Assembly (NCBI GenBank): GCA_047285305.1
Contig: JBJBDL010000003.1
Span: forward strand, 352,001 to 416,000
Length of the DNA stretch: 64,000 nucleotides
Reading direction: 5' to 3'
From: Synechococcus sp.
GTDB taxonomy: Bacteria > Cyanobacteriota > Cyanobacteriia > PCC-6307 > Cyanobiaceae
Shown one piece after another: positions 21,286 through 33,313 of the stretch; positions within the stretch are counted from its first letter, which is position 1, and the number at the start of each line of letters is the position of its first letter. A model generated the notes under the pieces. The model searched no databases and had not been told where the DNA came from. It worked only from the letters and a program-made list of their open reading frames with translations. The position numbers and the translations under genes were made by a program.

Positions 21286-22251
21286 ATGCCGATCCATCTG
21301 CTCTGGGGTGATGACGCCGCTGCGCGGGACCGGGCCATCGATGCCCTGATCGGCAAGGTTGTCGACCCCAGCTGGAGCAGCCTCAACCTCAGCCGCCTGG
21401 ATGGAGCGGACGCCGGGCAGGCCCTGCAGGCCCTCGAGGAGGCCCGCACTCCTCCCTTCGCAACAGGCGAACGGCTGGTGCTGCTGCAGCGCAGTCCGTT
21501 CTGCAATGGCTGCCCCAGTGAGCTGGCTGACCGGTTTGAGGCCGCCCTCGAGCTCATTCCCGACAGCAGCCACCTGGTGCTGGTGAACCCTGCCAAACCC
21601 GATGGTCGCCTGCGCACCACCAAAGCCCTGCAGAAACGAATCAAAAACGGGCTCGATCAGGAGCAGAGCTTCCCGCTTCCCGCTGCCTGGGATGGCAACG
21701 GCCAGCGCCAGCTGGTGCAACGCACGGCCGAGGCCCTGGGCCTGAAGGTAGAGCCGGATGCCATTGACGCCCTGGTGGAGGCCATCGGCACCGACAGCGC
21801 CCGGCTCGAATCGGAACTGCGCAAGCTCTCCCTGCGGGACACCAGCATTTCCGCTGCACGGGTGCAGGAGCTGGTGGGAGGGCGCTCCACCAACGCCCTG
21901 GCCGTGGGCGATGCCCTGCTGGAGGGCAACCCCGGCGAAGCGATCGCCCGCTGGGATGCCCTGATCGAAGCCGGGGAACCAGCCCTGCGCATCGTGGCCA
22001 CCCTCACCGGTCAGATCCGCGGCTGGCTCTGGGTGAGCCTGCTGGAACAGCAGGGGGAACGGGATGTGGCGGTGATCGCCAAGGCAGCTGGGATCGGCAA
22101 CCCCAAACGCATCTACGTGATGCGCAAGCAGCTGCAGGGCCGCCCGCCCAAGCGCTTCCTCTCACTCCTGGGCCGTCTACTGGAGGTGGAGGCCCGGCTG
22201 AAACGCGGCGCTCAGCCGGGCGACGCCTTCCGCGACGGCCTGCTGGGCTGA
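21286..22251 (+). CDS. holA: DNA polymerase III subunit delta
   Basis: MPIHLLWGDD, ARTPPF..GERLV, KPDGRL; cyanobacterial HolA pattern. Confidence 0.9.
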   Translation: MPIHLLWGDDAAARDRAIDALIGKVVDPSWSSLNLSRLDGADAGQALQALEEARTPPFATGERLVLLQRSPFCNGCPSELADRFEAALELIPDSSHLVLVNPAKPDGRLRTTKALQKRIKNGLDQEQSFPLPAAWDGNGQRQLVQRTAEALGLKVEPDAIDALVEAIGTDSARLESELRKLSLRDTSISAARVQELVGGRSTNALAVGDALLEGNPGEAIARWDALIEAGEPALRIVATLTGQIRGWLWVSLLEQQGERDVAVIAKAAGIGNPKRIYVMRKQLQGRPPKRFLSLLGRLLEVEARLKRGAQPGDAFRDGLLG

Positions 22252-22297
22252 TCACTGCCCGCCAGATGAGAAAATCCAGCGTTGCTGAGCCCGGTCC

Positions 22298-24103
22298 ATG
22301 GCCCTCCTGGTGCAGAAATTCGGGGGCACCTCCGTCGGCAGCGTGGAACGCATCAAGGCGGTGGCTGATCGGATCGGACGTTGCCGGGAGGAGGGGCACG
22401 ACGTGGTTGTGGTGGTCTCCGCCATGGGCCACACCACCGATGAATTGACCGGTCTGGCCAACGCCATCACCTCTGCCCCCACCCAGCGGGAGATGGACAT
22501 GCTGCTGGCCAGTGGCGAACAGGTGTCGATCGCCTTGCTGGCGATGGCCTTGAACGCCCAGGGGGTCAGTGCGACGTCGATGACCGGTCCACAAGTGGGC
22601 ATCGCCACGGAATCCACCCATGGCCGGGCCCGGATCCTCGGGATTCGCACCGACCGAATCCGCAACCGCCTCGCAGCTGGCCAGGTGGTGGTGGTGGCCG
22701 GTTTCCAGGGCACCAGCACCAGCAGCGATGGGCTCAACGAAATCACCACCCTCGGGCGTGGGGGCTCCGACACCTCCGCCGTCGCCCTGGCGGCGGCCCT
22801 GGGTGCCGATGCTTGCGAGATCTACACCGACGTTCCGGGTGTGCTCAGCACCGATCCGCGCAAGGTGTCCGATGCCCAGCTGATGGAGACGATCAGCTGC
22901 GACGAAATGCTGGAACTCGCCAGCCTTGGCGCCTCCGTGCTGCATCCCAGGGCCGTTGAGATCGCCCGCAACTACGGCGTGAACCTTGTGGTGCGCTCCA
23001 GTTGGAGCGATGCCCCCGGCACCCGGATCACCAGCCGTTCAGCCCGTCCGATCAGCAGCAGTGGCCTGGAGCTGGGCAGCCCTGTGGATGGGATGGAGGA
23101 AGTGGACGGACAGGCCGTGCTCGCCCTCTCCCACATTCCCGATCAACCTGGGATTGCCGCACGCCTGTTTGAAACCCTCTCCGAGGCGGGAATCAATGTG
23201 GACCTGATCATTCAGGCCACCCATGAGGGCAGCAGCAACGACATCACCTTCACGGTGGCGGAAGCGGATCTCGAGCTGGCCCGCGCTGTAAGCCAGAAGG
23301 TGCTGGATCAACTGGGCGGCGATCTGGCATCCGAAGCAGGGCTGACGAAGCTCAGCATCAGCGGGGCCGGAATCATGGGGCGCCCTGGCATTGCCGCCGG
23401 CCTGTTCAACTGCCTATGTCAGCAGGGCATCAACCTCCGCCTGATCGCCACCAGTGAGGTGAAGGTGAGCTGCGTGATCGACTCCGGCGCCGGCAGCAAA
23501 GCGGTTCAAGCCGTGCAGGAGGCCTACGACTTGGAGGACTCGCAAATCCGCATGAATCCCACCGACAACGGCAGCGGGGAACCGGAAGTGCGCGGCGTCG
23601 CCCTCGACCGCGACCAGGTGCAACTGAGTGTTCGCCACGTGCCCGATCGACCCGGCACCGCAGCGGCGCTTTGTTCAGCCCTGGCGGACAACAGCATCAG
23701 CCTCGATGCGATTGTTCAATCGGAACGGCAACACAGCGACGGATCGCGCGACATCACCTTCATCCTGCGCAAGGACGACCGTGCCCGCGCCGATGTAGCC
23801 CTAGCGCCCCTGCTGGCCCAGTGGCCCGGCGCAGCTCTCGAGGAGGGTGAGGCCATTGCCCGGGTGAGTGCTGTGGGAGCAGGGATGCCTGCAACACCAG
23901 GGACGGCGGGTCGCATGTTCCGTGCGCTAGCGGATGCAGGCATCAACATCTGCCTGATCGCTACCAGCGAAATCCGAACCAGCTGTGTGGTGGCCGAAGA
24001 GGCTGGGGTTCAGGCCCTCCAGGTGGTGCACGCCGGATTCGGACTGGGAGGTGAAGAGCGTCACTCCGCCCAAGGCACCGCTTCACCGAACGACCCCGAC
24101 TAA
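22298..24103 (+). CDS. lysC: Aspartate kinase (cyanobacterial, multiple ACT domains)
   Basis: VQKFGGTSVG, TLGRGGSDTSA, repeated ACT domains. Confidence 0.97.
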   Translation: MALLVQKFGGTSVGSVERIKAVADRIGRCREEGHDVVVVVSAMGHTTDELTGLANAITSAPTQREMDMLLASGEQVSIALLAMALNAQGVSATSMTGPQVGIATESTHGRARILGIRTDRIRNRLAAGQVVVVAGFQGTSTSSDGLNEITTLGRGGSDTSAVALAAALGADACEIYTDVPGVLSTDPRKVSDAQLMETISCDEMLELASLGASVLHPRAVEIARNYGVNLVVRSSWSDAPGTRITSRSARPISSSGLELGSPVDGMEEVDGQAVLALSHIPDQPGIAARLFETLSEAGINVDLIIQATHEGSSNDITFTVAEADLELARAVSQKVLDQLGGDLASEAGLTKLSISGAGIMGRPGIAAGLFNCLCQQGINLRLIATSEVKVSCVIDSGAGSKAVQAVQEAYDLEDSQIRMNPTDNGSGEPEVRGVALDRDQVQLSVRHVPDRPGTAAALCSALADNSISLDAIVQSERQHSDGSRDITFILRKDDRARADVALAPLLAQWPGAALEEGEAIARVSAVGAGMPATPGTAGRMFRALADAGINICLIATSEIRTSCVVAEEAGVQALQVVHAGFGLGGEERHSAQGTASPNDPD

Positions 24104-24135
24104 CGGTCGAAAACTGGGGACTGGCCCCCTTACGC

Positions 24136-24914
24136 GTGGACGCCGATTTCGAGCAGCACTACCAAGCCGCGGAACGGGCCTATGGCGTCGGGGACTACGC
24201 CGAGGCCGACGCCCTCGCCTCAGCGTTGTGGGATCAACTCCAAGCCGCATCAGACCAGCACGACCCAAGCCTGGTCTTGGGCTGGCGGGCGGTGGTGTCG
24301 TTGCTCCTGGGTCACATCCAACTGCAAGGGCTCCAGCAACCGGAGCAAGCCGCCATCTCCTAAGAACGGGTGCTGCAGGGTGACGTGGACGCCACCATCG
24401 CAGCTCTGGCGGACCAGGGACTGCAGCGCTGCCGATCAGAAGAAATCGTCAGCGGAGCGGTACGACGCCCGCAACCAACTGCGCCATCCCAAATCTGCTC
24501 AAGGATCCCTTTCTGAATACGGATCCCGATCAAGCCAGGCCAGCACCGGCTGATGCGATCACCGCAATGCCATGGTTGTCCAGCGATGAGGAACCCCGGG
24601 CCATGACGACTCCGGATCCCTCGCCCACTCCGGCTCCTCTAAAGGCTCCTGTGCCAAGCCCAGAAACAGCTGTCACTCCAGTAGCTAATTCAGACGTGGA
24701 GAAGCAGGAACCAGAACCCACTGCAAAAGAACCATCCCTCGACACCATCGAGCCAGCGCCCCAACCCCAGGAGCCTGCGGCCACGAAGCTTTTGGAACAC
24801 TCATGGCTCCGCGTTCAACTCCAGCCTGAAACCAAAAGCCCCACCGACTCCATGGAGCCGATGGGGCTGATTAACAGGATCAAAGGGGTCTTCGTCCGAT
24901 CAGCTGGCCGCTGA
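24136..24914 (+). pseudogene. Interrupted hypothetical protein (helical TPR-like N-terminus, Pro-rich C-terminus)
   Basis: In-frame TAA at 24361-24363 inside AAIS*ERVLQG. Reading continues to about 24460, then a frameshift joins ...NLLKDPFLNTDPDQARPAPADAITAMPWL to ORF 24567-24914. Confidence 0.65.
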
Positions 24915-26939
24915 ACGACGACGACGGGTACGGCCTGCAGGCATCTCCGGCTCCGGGGAACCAGGGGCTGCCTTTTCAGCCACCGGTTGAGGAGCCACTT
25001 TCTCCACCACTGCGGTTGCCGCCGCGGCACGAACGGGGGCTGGGGTTGCCGAGCCAGACCGGCCGTTGCCCTGGTTGTTCCGCACGGGAGCGGGAGTGCC
25101 ACCGCCACCGCCGTTGCGACGGCCATAGGGAGAGCCACCACCACGGCCACCGCGACCGCGGGGAGCCGGACGGTCATCGGGCTCAGCATCGGCACGGCCC
25201 TTGTAGACCGGTGTGCCGCCAGGGGCCGGCTGCACCAGACAGAGGATCAGCGGCTCCACCTGCAGTTCACGACGCATCCGGCGGCCAAGGCCAACCTCCA
25301 CTTCACGCTGCACACCCATCCAGTCCACCTCCGGCGCCTTGCCACCGGTGTTGCGGCAGAGCTGTTTCCAGCGGTTTTCAAGCACCCACTTGATTTCGCG
25401 CTCCACCCACAACGACATCTTGCGGGCATCAGCTGTGGTGACCACACCCCGCAGGTTCACCCGCGGCGGAGCCACCATGGCGCCATCGGTGCTGATGGCA
25501 GCGAGGATCGTCACCACGCCGTCTTCCGCCAGCTGCTGGCGCTCCTTCAGCACCCGGGCATCAACGATGCCGTTGCGGGATTGATCCAGCAGCTCGATGC
25601 CCGCCTTCACGGCATTGCCTTTGCGGATCGAATCCGGGGTGAGCTCCACCACATCACCGTTGTCGATGATCAGGGTGTTGTCGACCGGAACCCCCATCGC
25701 ATGGCCGGTGCGGGAGTGCTGCACCAGCATCCGGTGCTCACCGTGCACCGGCACGAAGAACTTGGGCCGGGTGAGGGCCAGCATCAGTTTCTGGTCTTCC
25801 TGGAAGCCATGGCCGGAAACGTGGATGCCTTCGCCCTTTCCGTAAACGACCTTGGCACCCAGCATCATCAGCTTGTCGATGGTGTTGACCACGGAAATCG
25901 TGTTTCCCGGGATCGGGCTGGCCGAGAAGATGATCGTGTCGGTTGTCTTCACCTTCACCTGGGGATGCTCACCGCGGGAAATGCGGCTCAGGGCAGCCAG
26001 CGGCTCACCCTGGCTACCGGTCATCAGCAGCAGGGTTTCACGATCGGGCACATCGTTGATCTGCTTGATCGGCACAAACAGTTCATCCGGCGCGCGCATG
26101 TAGCCCAGTTCCCGCGCCTTCGCGATCACGTTGAGCATCGAGCGGCCCAGCAGCCCCACCTTGCGGCCGTTCTTCAGGGCCAGCTCCAGAATCATCGACA
26201 CGCGATGAATCGAGCTGGCGAAGGTGGTCACAATCACTCTCCCTTCGGCATTGGCGATGTGGCGATCCAGGTTGGGGAAGACTGAGCGCTCCGGCGGGCA
26301 GAAGCCAGGGACCTCGGAGTTGGTGGAATCGCTGAACAAACAGAGGACGCCCTTGTCACCGTGGTGAGCCAGGCGGGCCATGTCGAAGTTTTCGCCGTCA
26401 ACCGGGGTGTGGTCGAACTTGAAGTCACCCGTGAAAATCACGGTCCCCACCGGTGTGGAGATGGCCAGCGAGAAGCTGTCGGCCATCGAGTGGGTGTTGC
26501 GGATGAACTCCACGGAGAAGTGCTGACCCACCTTCACCACATCGCGCGGACCGACGGTCTGCAGGGTGGTGCGATCGCGGACGCCGGCCTCATCCATTTT
26601 GCCGGTGAGCATCGAGAGGGCCAGCCGCGGCCCGTAGATCACCGGAATGTTGAAGTGCTTGAGGTGATGGGCAATGCCACCGATGTGGTCTTCATGACCA
26701 TGGGTGACGATCATTCCGCGGATCCGCTTCTGGTTCTCGCGCAGAAAGCTGGTGTCGGGCAGCACCACATTCACCCCGTGCATGCCATCGCTGGGGAAGG
26801 CCAGACCGGCATCCACCAGCATCAGGTCATCGCCGTACTCGAACACACAGGTGTTCTTGCCGATCTCGTGGAGACCACCCAGGGGAATCACCCGAAGGCA
26901 GGGCTCCTGACCCTTGCTGGATCGCGCGTTGTTGGCCAT
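24900..26939 (-). CDS. rnj: Ribonuclease J
   Basis: PLGGLHEIGKN, THGHEDHIG, HVSGHG, PVHGE. Confidence 0.97.
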   Translation of the reverse strand: MANNARSSKGQEPCLRVIPLGGLHEIGKNTCVFEYGDDLMLVDAGLAFPSDGMHGVNVVLPDTSFLRENQKRIRGMIVTHGHEDHIGGIAHHLKHFNIPVIYGPRLALSMLTGKMDEAGVRDRTTLQTVGPRDVVKVGQHFSVEFIRNTHSMADSFSLAISTPVGTVIFTGDFKFDHTPVDGENFDMARLAHHGDKGVLCLFSDSTNSEVPGFCPPERSVFPNLDRHIANAEGRVIVTTFASSIHRVSMILELALKNGRKVGLLGRSMLNVIAKARELGYMRAPDELFVPIKQINDVPDRETLLLMTGSQGEPLAALSRISRGEHPQVKVKTTDTIIFSASPIPGNTISVVNTIDKLMMLGAKVVYGKGEGIHVSGHGFQEDQKLMLALTRPKFFVPVHGEHRMLVQHSRTGHAMGVPVDNTLIIDNGDVVELTPDSIRKGNAVKAGIELLDQSRNGIVDARVLKERQQLAEDGVVTILAAISTDGAMVAPPRVNLRGVVTTADARKMSLWVEREIKWVLENRWKQLCRNTGGKAPEVDWMGVQREVEVGLGRRMRRELQVEPLILCLVQPAPGGTPVYKGRADAEPDDRPAPRGRGGRGGGSPYGRRNGGGGGTPAPVRNNQGNGRSGSATPAPVRAAAATAVVEKVAPQPVAEKAAPGSPEPEMPAGRTRRRRSAAS

Positions 26940-26991
26940 GGAAAAAGTTGTGTAAAAGAACGGGTTGCGTGAGCCGATAAGCCGGACCGGG

Positions 26992-27900
26992 CTAGGTCTG
27001 ACGGAGGGCGGCCATAGCGGTGGAGAGCGAACGTTTCATGTCGTCAGAGAGGGGGCACAGGGGCGGACGGGGCGCACCGACAGACCAGCCATTGAGTTCC
27101 AGGGCAGCCTTGACGGGAATCGGATTGGTGGTGGCGAACAGGGCCTTGAACAGGGGAATCAACGCGTCGTGCAGGGCGAGTGCGGAGGCACCATCGCCGT
27201 TCAGATAGGCCTCGATCATGGCGCGGATCTCAGGGCCCGCCACATGGCTGCTCACACTCACGACACCCACGGCACCCACCGCAAGCATCGGCAGGGTGAG
27301 GCCGTCGTCACCGCTGTAAATCGCCAACTGCGGACCGCAGGCCAGCCGCAAGGCCGTGACCTCTTCCGTGGTGCCGCTGGCGGCCTTGAAACTCACCACA
27401 TTGGGGCAGTCCATCAGCCGGGCCACCGTGGCCGGGGCGATGCTGCAGCCGGTGCGGCCAGGGATGTTGTAGAGCATCAACGGCAGCTCAGGTGCCGCTT
27501 CAGCGATGGCCCGGAAATGGGCCTCCAGACCCTCCTGGGGGGGCTTGTTGTAATAGGGCACCACAACGAGAGCGCCATCGGCGCCGGCCGCCGCCGCTTC
27601 CTTGGTGGCCTCCACCGCTTCCGCTGTGGAATTGCTACCCGTGCCCGCCAACACCTTGGCGTTGGCGCCCACGGCATCACGAACGGCCTGCAGCAGCTTC
27701 AACTGCTCGTCCCAGCTGAGGGTTGGGGATTCACCGGTGGTGCCGCACACCAGCAATCCATCGGAGCCCTGCTCCACCAGGTGCCGCGCCAGCTTTCCAG
27801 CGACGCTGAGATCCACAGCACCACTGGCGTCAAAGGGAGTCACCATCGCGGTGACCACACGGCCAAAGGGCGTTGGCGAGAGGGTGGCGGCCTGGGTCAT
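26992..27900 (-). CDS. dapA: 4-hydroxy-tetrahydrodipicolinate synthase
   Basis: [27 protein letters not shown]. Confidence 0.97.
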   Translation of the reverse strand: MTQAATLSPTPFGRVVTAMVTPFDASGAVDLSVAGKLARHLVEQGSDGLLVCGTTGESPTLSWDEQLKLLQAVRDAVGANAKVLAGTGSNSTAEAVEATKEAAAAGADGALVVVPYYNKPPQEGLEAHFRAIAEAAPELPLMLYNIPGRTGCSIAPATVARLMDCPNVVSFKAASGTTEEVTALRLACGPQLAIYSGDDGLTLPMLAVGAVGVVSVSSHVAGPEIRAMIEAYLNGDGASALALHDALIPLFKALFATTNPIPVKAALELNGWSVGAPRPPLCPLSDDMKRSLSTAMAALRQT

Positions 27901-28922
27901 CACTTCTGAATCAATAGTTCAGCGATCTGAACAGCGTTCAGCGCCGCTCCCTTGCGGATCTGGTCCCCACACAGCCAGAGCTCGAGAGCATTGGCATCGC
28001 TGATGTCCTGCCGGATCCGGCCGATCGCCACCGGGTCGCGACCGGTCACATCCGTCGGCATCGGGAAACGGTTCGCCGCCGGGTCGTCAATCAACTCCAC
28101 ACCAGGTGCTGCCGCGAGCAGCTCGCGTGCCTCATCAACCGGGAAAGGGGACTCGAACTCAATGTTCACCGCTTCGGAATGGGCCCGCAGCACGGGCACC
28201 CGCACGCAGGTGGCGGTGAAGCGCAGATCCGGCAGACCCATGATCTTGCGGGTCTCGTTCACCATCTTCATCTCCTCCTCGCAATAGCTGTTGGCCTGCA
28301 GGGGAGAGTTGTGCAAGAAGAGGTTGAACGCCAGGGAGTAGGGCAGCACCTCTCCTTTCGGAGTGCCGCCATCCAGCACCGTCTGCGACAGGTTTTTCAG
28401 CTCCTCCATGGCCCGGGCACCGGCACCACTGGCGGATTGGTAGGTGCTCACCACCACCCGGCGCATCGCCCGCTTGGCCGCCAAAGGAGCCAGAGCCAGG
28501 GTTAGCAGGATCGTTGTGCAATTCGGGTTGGCGATCACGCCATGGTGGGCGAAGGCCGCATCGGGATTGACCTCGGGAACCACCAGCGGTACACCTTCCT
28601 CCATCCGGAAGGCACTGGAGTTATCCACCATCACTGCTCCGGCAGCGGTGATCGCTTCGCGCCACTGCTTTGAAACAGAACCACCGGCCGACGCCAGCAC
28701 CAGGTCGACCCCTTCAAAGGATTGAGCCGAAACCTCTTCCACCGCGAGGGTGCGGCCATTCCAGGGTTGGGTCTGGCCAGCCGAACGGGCCGACGCCAGC
28801 AGCCTTAGCTCGCCAACGGGGAAACTGCGCTCTTCAAGCAGCAGCAGCAGTTCCTGACCAACAGCACCGCTGGCACCGAGAACTGCAACGTTGAGAGGGC
28901 GATTGGGAAGGGTCGAAGACAA
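27900..28922 (-). CDS. asd: Aspartate-semialdehyde dehydrogenase
   Basis: [30 protein letters not shown]. Confidence 0.97.
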   Translation of the reverse strand: MSSTLPNRPLNVAVLGASGAVGQELLLLLEERSFPVGELRLLASARSAGQTQPWNGRTLAVEEVSAQSFEGVDLVLASAGGSVSKQWREAITAAGAVMVDNSSAFRMEEGVPLVVPEVNPDAAFAHHGVIANPNCTTILLTLALAPLAAKRAMRRVVVSTYQSASGAGARAMEELKNLSQTVLDGGTPKGEVLPYSLAFNLFLHNSPLQANSYCEEEMKMVNETRKIMGLPDLRFTATCVRVPVLRAHSEAVNIEFESPFPVDEARELLAAAPGVELIDDPAANRFPMPTDVTGRDPVAIGRIRQDISDANALELWLCGDQIRKGAALNAVQIAELLIQK

Positions 28923-29079
28923 GCGGTGGAGTGAACGATCTAAACGAAAACCCGTCGTTTCTCAAATCCGACACCACTACGTAGAGAACGTGATGCCGAC
29001 CTAGCGACGCGCTCAGCTTACCGATCCAGCCTGAATTCACCGGTTGCATAAAGTGCTTGGCTGCCCTTTCCCTTCCCCC

Positions 29080-30489
29080 ATGAGCGCTGCAGCCCTGAAG
29101 GTGACCACCGAAGCCCGCCCCAGCAGCCGCCTGGCGGTAACGGTCACCGTTCCTGGGGAGCGCTGCAAGACCAGTTACGAAGACGCCATCACCAGCCTTA
29201 GCCGCAGTATCAACCTGCCGGGCTTCCGCAAGGGCAAGGTGCCGCGCACGGTGCTGGTACAGCAGTTGGGAGGCGTGCGGATCAAAGCCACGGCTCTGGA
29301 AAAGCTGATCGATAACGCCTGGCGTGACGCCATCAAGCAGGAATCGCTTGAGCCGATAAGTCAGCCTGATCTGAGCAGTGGTTTCGACGGCCTGCTGGAG
29401 AGCTTTGAGCCCGGCAAGGAACTCACCTTCACCCTGGAAGCCGACGTCGCCCCGACGCCAAAGCTAAAAACCACCAAGGGCCTGAAGGCAGAATTTGAAA
29501 CCGTCGCCTACGACTCCTCCCGGGTCGACGCGATGCTTGAGGACTCCCGCAAGCAGATGGCCACGGTCGTGCCGGTGGAAGGCCGTGCCGCCAAGAACGG
29601 CGACATCGCTGTGCTCGGCTTCAAGGGCACCTACAGCGATGACGGTAGCGAGATCGAGGGCGGCAGCGCCGATTCGATGGATGTCGACCTGGAGAACGGC
29701 CGGATGATCCCCGGCTTCATCGAAGGGGTCATCGGCATGAAGGTCGGCGAGACCAAAACCGTGGATTGCCAGTTCCCTGACGACTACCAGAAGGAGGACG
29801 CCCGCGGACGTAAGGCCGCCTTCAAGATCGAACTGAAGGACCTCAAGACCCGCGAACTGCCCGAGCTGGATGACGAATTCGCCAAGCAGGCCAGCGAACA
29901 GGACACCCTGGCGGACCTGCGCAAAGACCTAGAGCAGCGGCTCAAGGACGACGCCGAACGCCGGCAGACCAGCAACCGCCGCGATGCCCTCGTCGCCGCC
30001 CTGGTGGAGCAGCTGGAGGTGGAGCTTCCGGAAGCCCTGATCCAACAGGAAAGCCGCAACCTGCTGGAGCAGACCGCAGCCCAATTCGCCCAACAGGGTA
30101 TGGATGTGAAGTCGCTCTTCACTCCCGACCTGGTGCGCAACCTGATGCAGAACTCCCGCCCAGAGGCGGAAGAGCGTCTGCGCCGCAGTTTTGCCCTCAC
30201 CGCCCTGGCTGAAGCGGAGGACATCAAACTCGACGACAAAGACGTGGACGCCAAGATCAAGGAGGTGAAGAAAGAGCTCTCCGCCGACGCCAAAATCGAT
30301 CCCGAGCGCCTGCGTCAGGCCGTAATGGATGACCTGATGCAGGATCGTCTTATGGGCTGGCTCGAGGAGAACAGCACCCTCACCGAAAAGTCACCGGCTG
30401 CGGATGACAGCAAGGCTGAAGCCAAGAAAAAGCCCGCCGCCAAAAAGACCGCGGCCAAAAGCAAGTCCAAGGCGGACGCCAAGGACTGA
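29080..30489 (+). CDS. tig: Trigger factor
   Basis: PGFRKGKVP ribosome-binding motif, FKBP domain (MIPGFIEG). Confidence 0.97.
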   Translation: MSAAALKVTTEARPSSRLAVTVTVPGERCKTSYEDAITSLSRSINLPGFRKGKVPRTVLVQQLGGVRIKATALEKLIDNAWRDAIKQESLEPISQPDLSSGFDGLLESFEPGKELTFTLEADVAPTPKLKTTKGLKAEFETVAYDSSRVDAMLEDSRKQMATVVPVEGRAAKNGDIAVLGFKGTYSDDGSEIEGGSADSMDVDLENGRMIPGFIEGVIGMKVGETKTVDCQFPDDYQKEDARGRKAAFKIELKDLKTRELPELDDEFAKQASEQDTLADLRKDLEQRLKDDAERRQTSNRRDALVAALVEQLEVELPEALIQQESRNLLEQTAAQFAQQGMDVKSLFTPDLVRNLMQNSRPEAEERLRRSFALTALAEAEDIKLDDKDVDAKIKEVKKELSADAKIDPERLRQAVMDDLMQDRLMGWLEENSTLTEKSPAADDSKAEAKKKPAAKKTAAKSKSKADAKD

Positions 30490-30532
30490 GCAACGCCCAT
30501 AGATTGGCCCAACTTCACCGCATACCGATCGC

Positions 30533-31207
30533 GTGATCGACGCCCGCAGTCACCACCCCATCCAGAACCGCTGGCGGGCCGCCATGCCCGTCTCGGCGCC
30601 GGGGCCACTGCCCACGGTTGTGGAACAGTCCGGTCGCGGCGACCGCGCCTTCGACATTTACTCCCGCCTGCTGCGGGAGCGGATCATCTTCCTCGGCACC
30701 GGCGTGGATGACGCCGTCGCCGACGCTCTGGTGGCGCAGATGCTGTTCCTCGAAGCCGAGGATCCAGAGAAGGACATTCAGATTTACATCAACTCGCCTG
30801 GAGGGTCGGTCACCGCTGGTCTGGCGATCTACGACACCATGCAGCAGGTCGCACCTGACGTGGTGACCATCTGCTACGGCCTGGCCGCCAGCATGGGTGC
30901 TTTCCTTCTCTCCGGAGGCACTAAGGGCAAGCGTCTTGCCTTGCCGAATGCCCGGATCATGATTCATCAACCCCTCGGTGGCGCCCAGGGGCAGGCGGTG
31001 GACATCGAGATCCAGGCCAAGGAAATCCTGTATCTCAAGGAAACCCTGAACGGGTTGATGGCGGAACACACCGGCCAGCCGCTCGACAAGATCTCGGAAG
31101 ACACCGACCGCGACTACTTCCTTTCTCCGGCAGAAGCGGTTGAATACGGCCTGATCGATCGCGTGGTGGACAGTTCCGGGGACAAAGGAATCATTACGGA
31201 GGGCTGA
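30533..31207 (+). CDS. clpP: ATP-dependent Clp protease proteolytic subunit
   Basis: [35 protein letters not shown]. Confidence 0.98.
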   Translation: MIDARSHHPIQNRWRAAMPVSAPGPLPTVVEQSGRGDRAFDIYSRLLRERIIFLGTGVDDAVADALVAQMLFLEAEDPEKDIQIYINSPGGSVTAGLAIYDTMQQVAPDVVTICYGLAASMGAFLLSGGTKGKRLALPNARIMIHQPLGGAQGQAVDIEIQAKEILYLKETLNGLMAEHTGQPLDKISEDTDRDYFLSPAEAVEYGLIDRVVDSSGDKGIITEG

Positions 31208-31297
31208 CAGACGCCCTTCCGTTCTCGATCCTGTGTGTTCAGGGAGACCCCATCGGTTGATTCCTGAGTTGTTCTCCTGCGTGGTGCCCAGCGTTCG

Positions 31298-32647
31298 ATG
31301 GCCAAGTTCGACGCCCATCTGAAATGTTCGTTCTGTGGGAAATCCCAGGACCAGGTGCGCAAGTTGATCGCCGGACCTGGCGTTTACATCTGCGACGAAT
31401 GCATCGATCTCTGCAACGAGATCCTGGATGAAGAGCTGGTGGATGGGCAGGGCAACCCACGCCACAGCCATGAGCCGAGCCGGAAGGCCACCCCAGCCGC
31501 CCGCAAGAACAGCAAGCCGGCCCCGACCCTGGCTTCCATTCCAAGGCCGCAGGACATCAAGAGCTTCCTGGACCAGCAGGTGGTCGGCCAGGACGCGGCC
31601 AAGAAGGTGATGTCGGTGGCGGTCTATAACCACTACAAACGTCTGGCCTGGCAGGGGGATGGTCAGGGTGAAACCGAGGAAACAGCAACCCGGCTGCATA
31701 AGAGCAACATCCTGCTGATCGGACCCACCGGCTGCGGCAAGACGCTGTTGGCCCAGACCCTGGCCGAAATGCTGGACGTGCCTTTCGCCGTGGCCGATGC
31801 CACCACCCTCACGGAAGCGGGCTACGTGGGTGAGGACGTAGAAAACATCCTGCTGCGGCTGCTGCAGAAGGCCGATATGGATGTGGACCAGGCCCAGCGG
31901 GGGATCATCTACATCGATGAAATCGACAAGATCGCCCGCAAGAGCGAGAACCCCTCAATCACGAGGGATGTATCCGGCGAAGGTGTGCAGCAGGCCCTGC
32001 TGAAAATGCTGGAGGGCACGGTGGCCAACGTGCCACCCCAGGGCGGGCGCAAGCACCCCTATCAGGACTGCATCCAAATCGACACCAGCCAGATCCTGTT
32101 CATCTGCGGTGGTGCCTTCGTCGGCCTGGACGACGTGGTGCAGAAACGCATGGGCCGTAATGCCATCGGCTTCATGCCCAGCGACGGCCGTGGACGCAGC
32201 CGCGCCAACCGCGACCTTCAGGCCGCCCAAGTGCTGCGGCACCTGGAGCCGGATGATCTGGTGCGCTACGGCCTGATCCCCGAATTCATCGGCCGGATGC
32301 CTGTGAGCGCCGTGCTGGAGCCCCTGGACGAAAGCGCCCTGCAATCGATCCTCACGGAGCCCCGCGATGCTCTGGTGAAGCAGTTCCGCACCCTGCTGAG
32401 CATGGACAACGTGCAACTCCAGTTCGCCGATGACGCCATCGAGGCGATCGCCCAGGAGGCTCACCGGCGCAAGACCGGTGCCCGCGCCCTGCGCGGCATC
32501 GTTGAGGAGCTGATGCTGGACCTGATGTACGACCTGCCATCGCAGACATCGGTGAAAGAGTTCACCGTCACCCGGGCGATGGTGGAGGAACACACGGGTG
32601 GCAAGGTGCTGCCCCTGCCTGGCACGGAACAACAAAAGACCGCCTGA
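31298..32647 (+). CDS. clpX: ATP-dependent Clp protease ATP-binding subunit ClpX
   Basis: C4 zinc finger CSFCGK...[21 protein letters not shown]. Confidence 0.98.
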   Translation: MAKFDAHLKCSFCGKSQDQVRKLIAGPGVYICDECIDLCNEILDEELVDGQGNPRHSHEPSRKATPAARKNSKPAPTLASIPRPQDIKSFLDQQVVGQDAAKKVMSVAVYNHYKRLAWQGDGQGETEETATRLHKSNILLIGPTGCGKTLLAQTLAEMLDVPFAVADATTLTEAGYVGEDVENILLRLLQKADMDVDQAQRGIIYIDEIDKIARKSENPSITRDVSGEGVQQALLKMLEGTVANVPPQGGRKHPYQDCIQIDTSQILFICGGAFVGLDDVVQKRMGRNAIGFMPSDGRGRSRANRDLQAAQVLRHLEPDDLVRYGLIPEFIGRMPVSAVLEPLDESALQSILTEPRDALVKQFRTLLSMDNVQLQFADDAIEAIAQEAHRRKTGARALRGIVEELMLDLMYDLPSQTSVKEFTVTRAMVEEHTGGKVLPLPGTEQQKTA

Positions 32648-32651
32648 AATC

Positions 32652-33290
32652 TTGGCTGCCGCTGACCATCTGGAGGTGACGCGGCAGCACGGCCTGTTCA
32701 ACCACCACGGCATCGACCTCGGCGACGGAACCGTCGCTCACTATCTGGAAGGGCGTGAAATCCTGCGCAGCCCCTTGGAAGAGTTCTGCCAGGGGCAACC
32801 GTTGCGGGTGATCAACTACGTCCAGGCATCTCCGCAGGGTGTGACCCTGCGCCGGGCCATGGGGCGCCTGGGGGAACAGGACTACAACCTGCTGTTCAAC
32901 AACTGCGAGCACTTCGCCACCTGGTGCAAAACCGGACGTCATCGCAGTGGCCAGGTGGACTCCGTGCTGGAGCGCGCCCGCCACTGGAGCGGGCTGATGC
33001 CTTCGGCGCTGATGCGGGGCCTGGAGCTCCTGGTGCAGCGGGGCCTGCTCGATGACGACGCCCGTGCCAAGGCCAGGCGGGGTGTGGAGAAGCTGGAACG
33101 CCTGCGCCTCTTGCTGCTGCACAAGTTGGAGGGTCTGCTGGAGAGGGCGGGAGAGGGAACCAATCGCCGGCTGTTACTCACAGGCCAGAGCCTGGCCGAT
33201 GAACTGGCCGCCGTCGAAGACCTGCAACAGCGGATTGATGCCCTGCTCCAGCAGCACCCCGCCCTTCCAGGCTCCGAATCCTCTGAGTAA
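32652..33290 (+). CDS. Lecithin:retinol acyltransferase (LRAT/NC domain) family protein
   Basis: HHGIDLGDGTVAHY and YNLLFNNCEHFATWC; TTG start assumed. Confidence 0.85.
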   Translation: MAAADHLEVTRQHGLFNHHGIDLGDGTVAHYLEGREILRSPLEEFCQGQPLRVINYVQASPQGVTLRRAMGRLGEQDYNLLFNNCEHFATWCKTGRHRSGQVDSVLERARHWSGLMPSALMRGLELLVQRGLLDDDARAKARRGVEKLERLRLLLLHKLEGLLERAGEGTNRRLLLTGQSLADELAAVEDLQQRIDALLQQHPALPGSESSE

Positions 33291-33313
33291 TCTCCTCTCA
33301 ACGCTCGCGGCGC

